Assembly: GCF_000284115.1 (NCBI RefSeq)
Contig: NC_017080.1
Span: 1,380,001-1,412,000, forward strand
Direction of reading: 5' to 3'
Length of the DNA: 32,000 nucleotides
From: Phycisphaera mikurensis NBRC 102666
GTDB lineage: Bacteria; Planctomycetota; Phycisphaerae; Phycisphaerales; Phycisphaeraceae
Shown: in pieces, positions 8,634-17,744 of the stretch
Position numbering within the stretch: position 1 is the stretch's first letter
Layout: the number at the start of each line of letters is the position of its first letter
Notes under the pieces: generated by a model
Told to the model about the DNA's origin: nothing
What the model saw: only the letters and a program-made list of their open reading frames with translations
Database searches by the model: none
Translations under genes and position numbers: made by a program

Positions 8634-8683
8634 GGGTGACCTGGGGAGGAGCCGCGTGGCGCGGGCGGGGTTGGTGGATCGGA

Positions 8684-9520
8684 CTAGTCGTTCGCCAGGA
8701 GCGTCCAGCCGCCGCCGGGATTGAAGAGGCTACCGGCCCCGATGGTGGCGTGGGGGCGGTCGAGCGCGACGTGGCCGTCGAGGTGGGCGTAGTTGTAGGT
8801 GCGGTCGCCGGCGTTGCCGTGGAAGATCTCCGCTTGGCGGTCCTGCACGAAGGGCCGCTCGACGACCGCCCCGTCGAAGGCGCCCTGCACGTTGAGCACG
8901 CGGGGGCCGCGGACCCGGGGGGTGGGGCTGGCGCCGGTGAAGGTGTAGGTCCGCGACGGCGCGGGGACCTCGTGGGTGCCCAGCTGCAGCGGCGTCATCG
9001 GCTTGGGGCCTCCTCCCGCCGCGATAGTCGCCGTGGCGACGCCGTCCTTGGCGAGGTCCCGGCGATCGGCGGCCGTCCGGACGAAGCCCCGCCCGGTCAT
9101 CGCGTAGCTCCGCGTGGCCGCCGTGGGTTCCGCTGCGATCAGCGGGTCCGAGGGGCACTGGAAGATCGAGCTGCCCTTCTCGGGCGGCCGCAGCGTGGAG
9201 AGGCGGTCGGCTGCCGTCAGCCGCTGGTCAAGGTAGAAGTCCAATGCGTCGTCCCAGCTCTCCACCGAGCCGCCGGCGCTCACGTTGTGGAAGATCAACG
9301 CGTAGACGAACCCGTCCTTGGCGTCCACCGCGTAGGCCGATCCGGCGATGCCGATCTGGCGCAGGTTGCTCGCGCAGGCGACCTGCCGCGAGACCCCCCG
9401 CGCCGCCCCCAGGGCCGGCAGCAGGATGCCGATGAGGAGGGCGATGATCGAGATCACCACCAGCAGCTCGATGAGCGTGAACGCGCAGCGACCGGTCGGG
9501 TTGGCGGGGCGGCGGCGCAT
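8684..9520 (-). CDS. Prepilin-type N-terminal cleavage/methylation domain protein (pseudopilin-like, H-X9-DG-like C-terminus)
   Basis: From the ATG at 9520: [41 protein letters not shown], a class III signal peptide. The C-terminal [11 protein letters not shown] resembles the H-X9-DG tail of PVC-group prepilin-like families. The ORF-track start at 9616 would add 32 residues before the leader. Confidence 0.85.
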   Translation of the reverse strand: MRRRPANPTGRCAFTLIELLVVISIIALLIGILLPALGAARGVSRQVACASNLRQIGIAGSAYAVDAKDGFVYALIFHNVSAGGSVESWDDALDFYLDQRLTAADRLSTLRPPEKGSSIFQCPSDPLIAAEPTAATRSYAMTGRGFVRTAADRRDLAKDGVATATIAAGGGPKPMTPLQLGTHEVPAPSRTYTFTGASPTPRVRGPRVLNVQGAFDGAVVERPFVQDRQAEIFHGNAGDRTYNYAHLDGHVALDRPHATIGAGSLFNPGGGWTLLAND

Positions 9521-9652
9521 GCGTCTGTGATGGCAGTCTAGCGCTTCACGCGCGCTGTTTCTTGTCCCGGCCCGCCCGCAGAGTCGGTCAGGAGGGTCCG
9601 CACGGTATGTTGACATCGGTCCGCGGCGGCGAGCCCGAGCTCTCGTCGGGAG

Positions 9653-9675
9653 CCAGCCGCTGGAGCCGCGGCTGG
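9653..9675 (-). terminator. Hairpin 4 nt downstream of the secretin stop
   Basis: CCAGCCGC-N7-GCGGCTGG: an 8-bp perfect stem within the 159-bp gap between the secretin and the pseudopilin-like gene. Confidence 0.35.
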
Positions 9676-9679
9676 GACC

Positions 9680-12600
9680 TTAGTTCAGGTTGCTCCCGAC
9701 GTTGTACTTCGCCGGGTCGTCGTTGAGGCCGGGGAACAGCAGGTCCTCCTGCTCGCCCTGGAGGATGATGGTCGGCTTGATGAGGATCAGCAGCGTCCGC
9801 TCGTCCTTGGTGGTGTTCGTGTTGGTGAACAGCCGGTTGACGATGGGCAGCTTCGAGAGAATGGGCACGCCCACCTCGACCTCGATCTCGTTGACCAGGC
9901 GCTGGCCGCCGAGCAGCAGCGTGCCCTGATCGGGGACGCTGACCGTCGAGCGGACGGTCGTGAGCTGCAGCTCCGGGAGCTCGAGCGTGCCGGTAAAGGT
10001 GAAGACCTCGCCGGTGGTGTCGTCGTCGCCCTCGATGACGAGGGCTCCGAGCTGCTGGAGCTGCCGGATCGGCTGCTCCAGCGTCGCCAGCGAGGGCCGC
10101 AGGGTCATGGTGACGTACCGACGGTCGGCAGAGACGGTGCCCTCGACGTCGAGCACCACGCCGGAGTTCACGGTGGAGACCGTGGTGTCGAAGCCGACCG
10201 TGTCTTCCACCGGCTCGAGATCGGAGATGAAGGCGACCTGGTTCGCCACCAGCACGTACGCCCGCTGCCCGTCGAAGAAGGTGACCCGCGGGGCGGTCAG
10301 CTGGATCGACTTCTGGTTCGCGAGGGTCGCCTGCACGAGCAGGTCGACGCGGAGGTCGTCGATGAACGAGAGGCCGAAGGAGAGCGCCTGCGGGTCCTCA
10401 TCGGCGCCGCCGAGGAAGCGGCCGGGGGTGAGGGCGGACGTGCCGCGGTCGGCGATGTCGATGCTCTGCTGCGAGACGGTGAACGGCGCGATCAAGCCGG
10501 AGCCGAGGTCCTGCCCGGGGACCTCGAAGTCGACGTCGACGTTGAAGTTCTCGATGAAGTTGTTGTCCACCAGCAGGAACCGCGCCTCGACCGAGATCTG
10601 CGTCGACCGCTGCTCGCGGAGACCGCCGAGCACCCCGATGATGTCGCGGTGGTTGTCGCTGGTCGTCTTGATGATGAGGTTGCCGTTGAGCTCCTGGATC
10701 GTCGAGATGCCGTCGGTCCAGTCGTTGAACTCGCCGACGCTGCTCTCGATGATGCTCGTGATGTTGGCGATCAACGCCTCACGCAGCTCGGCGGCGTCCT
10801 CCTGGTCGTTCTCCTCCTGCGTGTCGCCGAAGATGCTGCCGCCGCCGCCCCCGCCTCCCCCGCCCCCGCCGCCACCCCCGCCGCCGCTCTCCAGGGCGGT
10901 GGAGAGGTCGAACTCGGGGGCGTCGGTGAAGTTGGGCACCTGGACGAGCAGGTCCTTGATGCTGTAGACGCGGGCCTCGGTGGTGCTGGTGAGCTCCGCC
11001 TTCGTGGTGATCTGGACAATGCCGTCGACGATGGAGTACTGCGCCTGCTCGACGTCCCGGGCGTCGGCGCCCGAGTTGGCGAGCTGCAGGATCCGCTCGA
11101 GGGCGACGCTCGCGGGAACGTTGTTGAGCTGGACCGAGATCGGCTGGTCCTTCTCGATCCGGGAGAGCGACAGCGCCTCCCAGTTCACGAAGAAGTTGGC
11201 GCCGGTGGTGGTCCGCAGGAAGTCGATGACCGACTCCAGCGGGTTCGCCTGGAAGTCGATCGGGACCACCGTCTCGAGCCGCTGGGCGGCCTCGCGGTTG
11301 GCCCGGGACTCGCCGCCGCTGGAATCGAGGCTCTCGAGCCGACGCTGGGTGAGCTCGGGCCAGTCGGACGGGTACACCAGCAGGTCGTCGTAGGGGATCG
11401 TCGCCTCGACGTTCAGAGCGGCCTGCCGGCCGTCCATCACGCGCCGGGTGCGCCGGAAGTAGGCCTGCTCGGCGATGACGTCGAGGTCCTGCAGGATGTC
11501 GCGGACCGCCTGCGCGGCGATGTTCTGCGGGTCGATGAACAGCGCCTCGTCGATGACGGCAAGCGCCTCGTCGTACCGCGTCTGCGTCTGCAGCTTCCGC
11601 GCTTCGTTGATGAGCTCGTCGACCCGACGCCGCTGCTCGCGCGTCGCACGCTCGAGGTTCCGGGCGTCGAGCTCGGCCTGGTTCTCCGCGTCGATCTCGC
11701 GTTGCTGGAGGTCGGCGATGCGCTGACGCTCGTTCAACTCGACCGAGAGCTGCGTCGCCGCGTCGCGCCGGCCGCGGAACGCGTCGGGGCTGTAGAGCCC
11801 TTGGTTCCGCTCGAGGATGCTCTTGGCCTGAGCGACGGCGTCGGTGGCGACGGCGTAGTTGCCGGCGGCCGCGGCCTCGCGGGCGCGATTCATGGAGGCT
11901 TCGAAGGAGGCGTTGGCGGCCTGGAGCTGCAGCCGCTCCAGCTGCACCTGCTGCTCGATGGGCGAATCCGCGGCCGCGGCTTGCGATCGCTGCCGCAGGG
12001 CCGCCGCCAGCCGCGCCTGGATCTGCTGGTTCTGCGGGTCGAGCTGAGCCGCTTCCTCGTAGAGCGTCACGGCGAGGTCGCGGTAGCCGTTGGCCAGCGC
12101 CGCGTCCGCGTCCCCCGCGAGGTCCGCGGCGTAGGAACGGCGTGCCTCCAGCAGGAGGTCGGCGGTGGCCGGATCGGTCCCGCGGCGGGTCACGGTGCGT
12201 TCGCCTTGGGGAGCGGCCCGGCTGGCGGTCTGCTGCTGGACCGTCTCGCGCTGCGCCGCGAGCCGGGCCCGGGCGGCTTCGGCCCGGGCCGCTTCGGCGG
12301 CGGCGAGCCGCTCGAGCTCGGCGGCGTCGGGCGCCTCGGGTTCGGCCGGGTCCGCGGACCCGGCCCGCTCCGCGTCCGCCTCGCGAGAAGCGGCGAGCTG
12401 CGCCCGCCGCTCGGCCACCACCGCGAGCTGGCTCTCGAGCCGCTGCTGATCGAACCAGCTCAGCGAGGCCCCGCCCTCGACCTGCTCGCGGGCCGCCACG
12501 AGCCGCGCCTCGGCGGCGTCGAGGTCGCCGGCTCGCAGCGAAGCCGCGGCCTCGTCCAGGAGGCGGCGCGTGCCGGCGTTGGCCTCGCCACCGGAAGCCG

Positions 12601-12904
12601 GCGCCGAGACCTCCGCGGCCCCGTCGAGCCGCTGAAGCGTCGCGTAGAGCTCGCGACGCTGCTCCCGGGGGAGGAGCATCGGGTCGACCTGTCGGAGCAG
12701 GTCCCGGGCCCCGGCTTCGTCGCCGGCGGCGAAGCGGCGGGAACCCTCGGCGAAGCGCTGCTCGGCGGTGGCGGCCGCTTCGGCGGTCGCGGCCGGAGCT
12801 TCCTGCGCGAACGCGGGGGAGGCGGGCAACGCGGTGCCCGCGATCCCGAGGAAGGCGGCGAAGGCAGCCGCGGCAGGACGCTCAAGGGTTGGACGGTTCA
12901 GCAA
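9680..12904 (-). CDS. Secretin (GspD/PilQ-type outer-membrane channel) with a long N-terminal TPR/coiled-coil region and a Gly16 linker
   Basis: 1074 aa. TTG start with AGGAG 8 nt upstream. Signal peptide ending PAFAQE. About 550 aa of Ala/Glu/Arg-rich TPR-like repeats. N-domain-like [28 protein letters not shown]. Secretin core [16 protein letters not shown]-terminal [36 protein letters not shown]. Confidence 0.85.
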   Translation of the reverse strand: MLNRPTLERPAAAAFAAFLGIAGTALPASPAFAQEAPAATAEAAATAEQRFAEGSRRFAAGDEAGARDLLRQVDPMLLPREQRRELYATLQRLDGAAEVSAPASGGEANAGTRRLLDEAAASLRAGDLDAAEARLVAAREQVEGGASLSWFDQQRLESQLAVVAERRAQLAASREADAERAGSADPAEPEAPDAAELERLAAAEAARAEAARARLAAQRETVQQQTASRAAPQGERTVTRRGTDPATADLLLEARRSYAADLAGDADAALANGYRDLAVTLYEEAAQLDPQNQQIQARLAAALRQRSQAAAADSPIEQQVQLERLQLQAANASFEASMNRAREAAAAGNYAVATDAVAQAKSILERNQGLYSPDAFRGRRDAATQLSVELNERQRIADLQQREIDAENQAELDARNLERATREQRRRVDELINEARKLQTQTRYDEALAVIDEALFIDPQNIAAQAVRDILQDLDVIAEQAYFRRTRRVMDGRQAALNVEATIPYDDLLVYPSDWPELTQRRLESLDSSGGESRANREAAQRLETVVPIDFQANPLESVIDFLRTTTGANFFVNWEALSLSRIEKDQPISVQLNNVPASVALERILQLANSGADARDVEQAQYSIVDGIVQITTKAELTSTTEARVYSIKDLLVQVPNFTDAPEFDLSTALESGGGGGGGGGGGGGGGGSIFGDTQEENDQEDAAELREALIANITSIIESSVGEFNDWTDGISTIQELNGNLIIKTTSDNHRDIIGVLGGLREQRSTQISVEARFLLVDNNFIENFNVDVDFEVPGQDLGSGLIAPFTVSQQSIDIADRGTSALTPGRFLGGADEDPQALSFGLSFIDDLRVDLLVQATLANQKSIQLTAPRVTFFDGQRAYVLVANQVAFISDLEPVEDTVGFDTTVSTVNSGVVLDVEGTVSADRRYVTMTLRPSLATLEQPIRQLQQLGALVIEGDDDTTGEVFTFTGTLELPELQLTTVRSTVSVPDQGTLLLGGQRLVNEIEVEVGVPILSKLPIVNRLFTNTNTTKDERTLLILIKPTIILQGEQEDLLFPGLNDDPAKYNVGSNLN
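10838..10885 (-). repeat. Run of 16 consecutive glycine codons inside the secretin gene
   Basis: The + strand reads GCC GCC GCC GCC CCC GCC TCC CCC GCC CCC GCC GCC ACC CCC GCC GCC. On the coding strand these are GGN codons, giving ...ALES-G16-SIFGD. Confidence 0.95.
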
Positions 12905-13375
12905 GACGGGAGCTCCTGGGTGCAGGCGACGGCGGAAGCCGGCGTGATTGTCGATCGGGTTGCGGGCGAAAGGAAAAGGGGTGCGGAGCCAAGGCGGGAG
13001 CGGCCGCGTGCGGGGAGCACGGCGGGAACGCCCAAACGATCATCATGCGTGGTGTGCTTGATTCAGCGCCATGGTCGGCCGATTCCTGAGCGTTCTTCCC
13101 AAACCGGGACGAACGACGTTTCCGATCGTGCCACGGGGGGGACCGATCAGCGGGCGGAGCCTAATTCCGCTCCCGCGCGCCCGCAACCGGGCCGGACCGG
13201 CCCGGCGATCCGCTCCGCCGACGCGGCCGCGAAGGCGTGCGTTTCGGGTATCCTCTCCCGCCCGAGGCCCGGCGCACCCGCTCCCCGAGCGGACCGGCCG
13301 GCGCTTCTCGGCGTTCCTCTTAGATCCGAAACCCTCCGCCGCAGTGCCGGTGGACCATCCCGAAGGCGCCCCACG

Positions 13376-13642
13376 ATGGCACATAAAAAAGGACAGGGCT
13401 CGACCAAGAACGGTCGCGACTCGAACCCGCAGTACCGCGGTGTCAAGCTCTACGGAGGCCAGGCCGCGAAGGCCGGATCCATCATCATCCGCCAGTGCGG
13501 CACGAAGTTCAAGCCGGGCTTCAACGTCGGCATCGGCAAGGACGACACCCTCTTCGCGCTGACGCACGGGACGGTGGAGTTCCAAGGCCGCAAGGTGCAC
13601 GTCCGCGAGCCGGCGGTGGCCGAAGCCGAAGCGGCGGAGTGA
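13376..13642 (+). CDS. rpmA: 50S ribosomal protein L27
   Basis: [29 protein letters not shown]...[27 protein letters not shown]: a canonical L27 of 88 aa with a short acidic C-terminal tail. Confidence 0.95.
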   Translation: MAHKKGQGSTKNGRDSNPQYRGVKLYGGQAAKAGSIIIRQCGTKFKPGFNVGIGKDDTLFALTHGTVEFQGRKVHVREPAVAEAEAAE

Positions 13643-13862
13643 GGCCGCTGGGTCGGCGGACCGGCGATGCCGGGTTTTCGCGTGCGCATCCCGCGGAGTC
13701 GAATCCGGCTGCCGTGGTGGCGTCCCCGCCGACGCTGCACCCGGGCGGCGCCCGGACGCGTCGGGCAGCCTGGGTGCCTTAGAGAGGCTCCGCCTCCGTG
13801 CAATCGTCGCGCTGGAAGTCGCCAAGCCTGCCCGCCCAACCCGCTTCCACGATGGTTCACCC

Positions 13863-14912
13863 ATGTTCATCGACTCCGCTGAGATCATCGCCGCATCGGG
13901 GAAGGGCGGCGACGGGTGCCTCTCCTTCCGCCGGATGAAGTACATCCCCAAGGGCGGCCCCGACGGCGGCAACGGCGGCGACGGCGGGTCGCTCGTGCTC
14001 GTCGCCGACCCCGACACCGCCACGCTGCTCGACTTCGCCGGCCGCCACCACTGGCGCGCGGACGACGGAGGCGCGGGCCGGGGTAGCCAGCAGAACGGCA
14101 AGAAGGCGGAGGACCTGGTCATCCGCCTGCCGGTGGGCACGCAGGTGTTCCACCGCGAGACCGGGGCGCTGCTGTGCGACCTCACCGAGCCGGGGCAGCG
14201 GGTGGTGCTGGCGGCCGGCGGCCGCGGCGGCCGCGGGAACGAGGCGTACGCGACACCGACGCACCAGGTGCCCACGGAGTTCGACCCGGGCGGCGAGGGC
14301 GTCGAGCTCCCGCTGAAGCTCGAGCTCAAGCTCGTCGCCGACGTCGGCCTGCTCGGCCTGCCCAACGCGGGGAAGTCGACGCTGCTCTCCCGCGTCTCGT
14401 CGGCTCGGCCGCGGATCGCGGACTACCCCTTCACCACGCTGGTCCCGCAGCCCGGCGTCGCCGACCTCGGCGGCGGCCGCCGGCTGGTCGTCTGCGACGT
14501 CCCGGGCCTCATCGAGCACGCCGCCGAGGGGCAGGGGCTGGGCAGCCGCTTCCTCCGCCACATCGAGCGGACCTCGCTGCTGGTCCACCTGGTCGACTGC
14601 CTGCCCGCGGACGGCAGCGATCCGGCGTCCAATTGGGCGACGATCCGCGGCGAGCTCCAGAAGCACAGCGCGGCGCTCGGGGCCAAGCCCGAGGTGACGG
14701 TGCTGAGCCAGGTGGACAAGCTGGCCGGGCCGGCGGCGGTGAAGGCGAGCGTCCGCGAGTTCCACGCCGCCACGGGCACCGACCCCCTGGCGATCAGCTC
14801 GGCCTCGGGCACCGGGCTACGCGAGCTGCTGGAGCGTTGCTGGGAGCGGCTGGAGACGAAGACCCAGCAGCGGCCGGCCTGGGGCGGCGCCGCCGGGCCC
14901 GGGCGCGTCTGA
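13863..14912 (+). CDS. obg: GTPase Obg/CgtA
   Basis: MFIDSAEI...[30 protein letters not shown] (Obg fold). G-domain motifs [16 protein letters not shown] and SQVD. 349 aa. Confidence 0.95.
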   Translation: MFIDSAEIIAASGKGGDGCLSFRRMKYIPKGGPDGGNGGDGGSLVLVADPDTATLLDFAGRHHWRADDGGAGRGSQQNGKKAEDLVIRLPVGTQVFHRETGALLCDLTEPGQRVVLAAGGRGGRGNEAYATPTHQVPTEFDPGGEGVELPLKLELKLVADVGLLGLPNAGKSTLLSRVSSARPRIADYPFTTLVPQPGVADLGGGRRLVVCDVPGLIEHAAEGQGLGSRFLRHIERTSLLVHLVDCLPADGSDPASNWATIRGELQKHSAALGAKPEVTVLSQVDKLAGPAAVKASVREFHAATGTDPLAISSASGTGLRELLERCWERLETKTQQRPAWGGAAGPGRV

Positions 14913-14922
14913 GCGGTGCGAT

Positions 14923-14939
14923 GCCGCCGCTTCGGCGGC
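14923..14939 (+). terminator. Hairpin downstream of obg
   Basis: GCCGCC-GCTTC-GGCGGC: a 6-bp stem, 11 nt after the obg stop. No T-tract. Confidence 0.25.
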
Positions 14940-15007
14940 CGGCGGATCCGGGGAGGCCGGCTCCGCAAGCCGCTTCGGCCGCTTCACCTAGGCGGTAAGG
15001 TCCCCCG

Positions 15008-15799
15008 ATGCCGATGAACCTCCTCGCCGTCTCCGTCGGCAACACCCGCACCCGCGTCGGGGCCTTCGCCGACGACCAGCTCACCTGGTCGGCCACGGTG
15101 GAGAACCTCAAGGCGGCCGACGTGAAGGAAGCGGTGATCGAGGCCGGGCAGAGCTTCCCGATCGAGGAGCCGTACGCGGCCGTCATCTCCAGCGTCAACC
15201 GCGTCGTGAGCGACCGCCTGCTCGGCCAGCTGGAGGGGCGGGTCCGCGCGAACTTCCTGCGGATGGAGCGGGACGTGCCCGTGCCGATCGGGCGTCAGCT
15301 CGACCCCGAGGCCATCGTCGGCGAGGACCGTCTGCTGTGCGCGGCGGCGGCGTACGCGGTGCTGAAGCAGGCTTGCGTGGTGGTGGACGCGGGCACCGCG
15401 GTGACTGTCGACTTCGTGGACGGCGCCGGAACCTTCCACGGGGGGGCGATCGCACCGGGCGGGCAGATGATGATGGACGCGCTGCAGGCGGGCACCGATG
15501 CGCTGCCCGAGGCCGATTTCGAGAAGCCCGTCGAGGTGCCCGGACACAACACCATCGAGGCGATGCGAGCCGGCGTCTACCACGGCCTGCGCGGCATGGT
15601 GCACGAGCTCGTGGAGAAGTACGCCGAGCTCGCGGGTGCCTTCCCGCTGGTGGTGGTGACCGGCGGCGACGGCGCGCTGCTCTTCAAAGACGACGAGCGC
15701 GTGGACCGGGTCGTGCCGGACCTCGTGCTGACCGGCATCCAGCTCGCCTGGAAGACGATGGTCGCCGCCGCGGAGGAGGACGATGACGGCGCCGCCTGA
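15008..15799 (+). CDS. coaX: Type III pantothenate kinase
   Basis: LLAVSVGNTRTRVG (N-terminal phosphate-1 motif), VVVDAGTAVTVDFV, GGAIAPG and VVVTGGDG. 263 aa. Confidence 0.9.
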   Translation: MPMNLLAVSVGNTRTRVGAFADDQLTWSATVENLKAADVKEAVIEAGQSFPIEEPYAAVISSVNRVVSDRLLGQLEGRVRANFLRMERDVPVPIGRQLDPEAIVGEDRLLCAAAAYAVLKQACVVVDAGTAVTVDFVDGAGTFHGGAIAPGGQMMMDALQAGTDALPEADFEKPVEVPGHNTIEAMRAGVYHGLRGMVHELVEKYAELAGAFPLVVVTGGDGALLFKDDERVDRVVPDLVLTGIQLAWKTMVAAAEEDDDGAA

Positions 15800-16298
15800 A
15801 GCCGGGGAAGTTGGGGCGGGCGAGGCCCGGCCCCGCGGACCGTCGGAGCATCCCGCCACCACGGCCGACGGTCCGCGGGCGGCGGCGGCGTCGCGGGCCC
15901 TGCGGTCCACGCGGCTCGCCTGGGGTGCGGCGCTGGTGATCCAGGCGCTGAATCTCGCCTACGAGGTTTCGCTGCGGCCCGCAGCGGCCGCAGCGTGGCC
16001 GCTGCGGCCCGCGGTCCTGGCGTTGGGCGTGCTGCTCGTGGGCCTGTTCGTCGGGCACACGGCGCGGCTGCAGGCCTACAAGCGGGGCTGGCGGGGGCGG
16101 GCGGTGACGCCGGGGGCGTACCTGCGGGGCAACCTGCTGATGCTCGCGGCGCTCACGCTCGCGGCGTGCCTGGTCTTCGGAGCGGCGCCCGCGGCCGGCG
16201 CCGACCGGCCGCTCGTGCGGATGCTGGGCCTCGCGTTGACGCTCGCGACGCTGCTGAACTGGCCGCACGGCCGACCGATGCGGGCGGCGGGAGCCTGA
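15783..16298 (+). CDS. Hypothetical integral membrane protein
   Basis: 171 aa. The ATG overlaps the coaX end by 17 nt. Four hydrophobic segments (for example WGAALVIQALNLAY, VLALGVLLVGLFVG, LLMLAALTLAACLVFG, LGLALTLATLL). Third positions are strongly G/C. No family recognised. Confidence 0.55.
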   Translation: MTAPPEAGEVGAGEARPRGPSEHPATTADGPRAAAASRALRSTRLAWGAALVIQALNLAYEVSLRPAAAAAWPLRPAVLALGVLLVGLFVGHTARLQAYKRGWRGRAVTPGAYLRGNLLMLAALTLAACLVFGAAPAAGADRPLVRMLGLALTLATLLNWPHGRPMRAAGA

Positions 16299-16303
16299 CG
16301 CCC

Positions 16304-17359
16304 GTGCGGTGCCGCCACCGGCTGTGCACGCCGTCGGGGGCCGGCGGGATCGCGATCTTCCGGGTCGAGGGTGCGGGCGCGGCCGCCGTGATCCGCCGCG
16401 TGGCGGGGCGGGCCGCCGACGCGGCCGCGGGTGCGATCCTGCACACGAACCTCGCCGGCGTGGACGACGGCCTGGCGGTCCGGGTCGCCGAGGAGGGGTG
16501 GCGCCTGATGCCGCACGGCGGGCCGGCGATCGTGCGGGCGGTGGGAGCGGCGCTGGAAGCCGCGGGCTCGACCCTGGCCGCGTCGCGGCCGCGGGGCATC
16601 GACGCCGCGGTCGCGGAGGCCGCGGCCCGCGCGGCGAGCCCGGCCGCCGTCGACGCGCTCGCCCGCCAGCCGGCGCTCTGGCGTGCGGCGGTGGGGCGGC
16701 CCCTCGCGACCGCCGGCGACCTGCTCGGCCGCTCGGACGTGCTCGACCGGCTCGTGGACCCGCCGCGGCTGGTGGTGGCGGGGCGGCCCAACGCCGGGAA
16801 GTCGACCCTGCTCAACCGCGTGGCCGGTGAGGCCGCGGCCGCGGTCTCGCCGTCGCCCGGCACGACCCGCGACTGGGTGGGGCGGCGGGTGGCGCTGGTG
16901 CCCGCCGGCGGCGACCCGCTCGCCGACGCCGTCGTGGTCGATTGGTGCGACACGCCGGGGCTGCGTGCGGCGGGGGGCGCGGAGCGGCGTGCCATCGAGC
17001 TCGCCGCGGCGGTGCTGGCGGACGCGGACCTGCTGGTCGAGCTCGTCGCGCCGGAGGAGGCGCGGCTGACGCGGGACGAGCTGCCGCGGGAGCCGGACGT
17101 GGTGGTGGGAAGCAAGTCGGACCTTTCGGGCTCGCCCGAGGCCGGCGGAGGGCTTCGCCTCTCGGCGGCGACGGGGGAGGGGATCGACGCCTTCGTTGCC
17201 GAGGTCGTCGAGCGGCTGTTCCCGGAGCCGCCGCGGCGGAAGCTTTGGGCGTTCGACCCGCTGCTGCGGGCGCGGGTGGAAGGCCACCCGACGCGGCCGC
17301 CGCGTGGGTGGCTGGGCGGCCGACGCGGGGCGACGGACCGGTCGGTCTTGGTCTGGTGA
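16304..17359 (+). CDS. MnmE/TrmE-like GTP-binding protein, short form
   Basis: GTG at 16304, 5 nt after the upstream stop. N-terminal TPSGAGGIAIFRVEG and MPHGGPAIV resemble the MnmE N-domain. G-domain motifs GRPNAGKST, GTTRD, DTPG and SKSD. Only about 351 aa, and it ends ...DRSVLVW rather than with the MnmE C-terminal CxGK. Confidence 0.7.
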   Translation: MRCRHRLCTPSGAGGIAIFRVEGAGAAAVIRRVAGRAADAAAGAILHTNLAGVDDGLAVRVAEEGWRLMPHGGPAIVRAVGAALEAAGSTLAASRPRGIDAAVAEAAARAASPAAVDALARQPALWRAAVGRPLATAGDLLGRSDVLDRLVDPPRLVVAGRPNAGKSTLLNRVAGEAAAAVSPSPGTTRDWVGRRVALVPAGGDPLADAVVVDWCDTPGLRAAGGAERRAIELAAAVLADADLLVELVAPEEARLTRDELPREPDVVVGSKSDLSGSPEAGGGLRLSAATGEGIDAFVAEVVERLFPEPPRRKLWAFDPLLRARVEGHPTRPPRGWLGGRRGATDRSVLVW

Positions 17360-17598
17360 GTGGCGGCGGGGGCCGGTCGCCGGAGGCGACCGAAGGCTGG
17401 CGCCTTCATGGGTGAAGCCAGCTTCCTTTCCCTGCCGCCGGCGGAGCCGGCGGGCGCGGGACCCGGTGGGAGCGCGAGGCCGTCCCGCGGATCACGCACC
17501 CCCGTGCCCGAGGGGCCCGGTGTCGCTCCGCGGGCTCGTGTCGGCTGCGCCGCCACGGGCGTCGTGCCTGCGGCACGCCGCCGGGCCGGCGCTCGCTT

Positions 17599-17630
17599 CC
17601 GCGGCCCCGAGGCTGCGCCTCGGTCCGCGG
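17599..17630. terminator. Extended GC hairpin in the 385-bp convergent gap between the GTPase gene and floA
   Basis: CCGCGG-CC-CCGAGGC-TGC-GCCTCGG-T-CCGCGG: 13 paired positions with a small internal loop. It is flanked by the direct repeat GGCGCTCGCTTC. A second hairpin, CACGATGG-CTCCG-CCATCGTG, lies at 17670-17690. Confidence 0.35.
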
Positions 17631-17744
17631 GCGCTCGCTTCGGCCCGCCCGCTGCGCGGCACCCGCATGCACGATGGCTCCGCCATCGTGGAGCAGCGGG
17701 ATCGGGATTCGGGCGCCCGTCGCCTCTCCCGCTCCGCTTCCGCT

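Noticed and set aside
9611-9616. Perfect TTGACA -35 hexamer on the plus strand in the secretin-pseudopilin gap
   Set aside because: Both neighbouring genes are on the minus strand, and no plus-strand gene follows. On the minus strand the same bases form the ATG of the extended ORF start (MSTYR...), which I consider less likely than ATG 9520.
10649-13375. Upstream 900+ codons of the 997-aa plus-strand ORF antisense to the secretin
   Set aside because: Only the last 89 codons (rpmA, 13376-13642) are real. The rest is antisense to a well-supported secretin and translates to repetitive Gly/Arg/Leu/Val sequence.
13698-13706. tRNA T-loop-like words: GTCGAATCC here and GGTTCGA at 27589-27595
   Set aside because: The flanking bases do not form a T-stem, and no acceptor, D or anticodon arms could be built around them. 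I judge them not to be tRNAs, though a tRNAscan run would be definitive.
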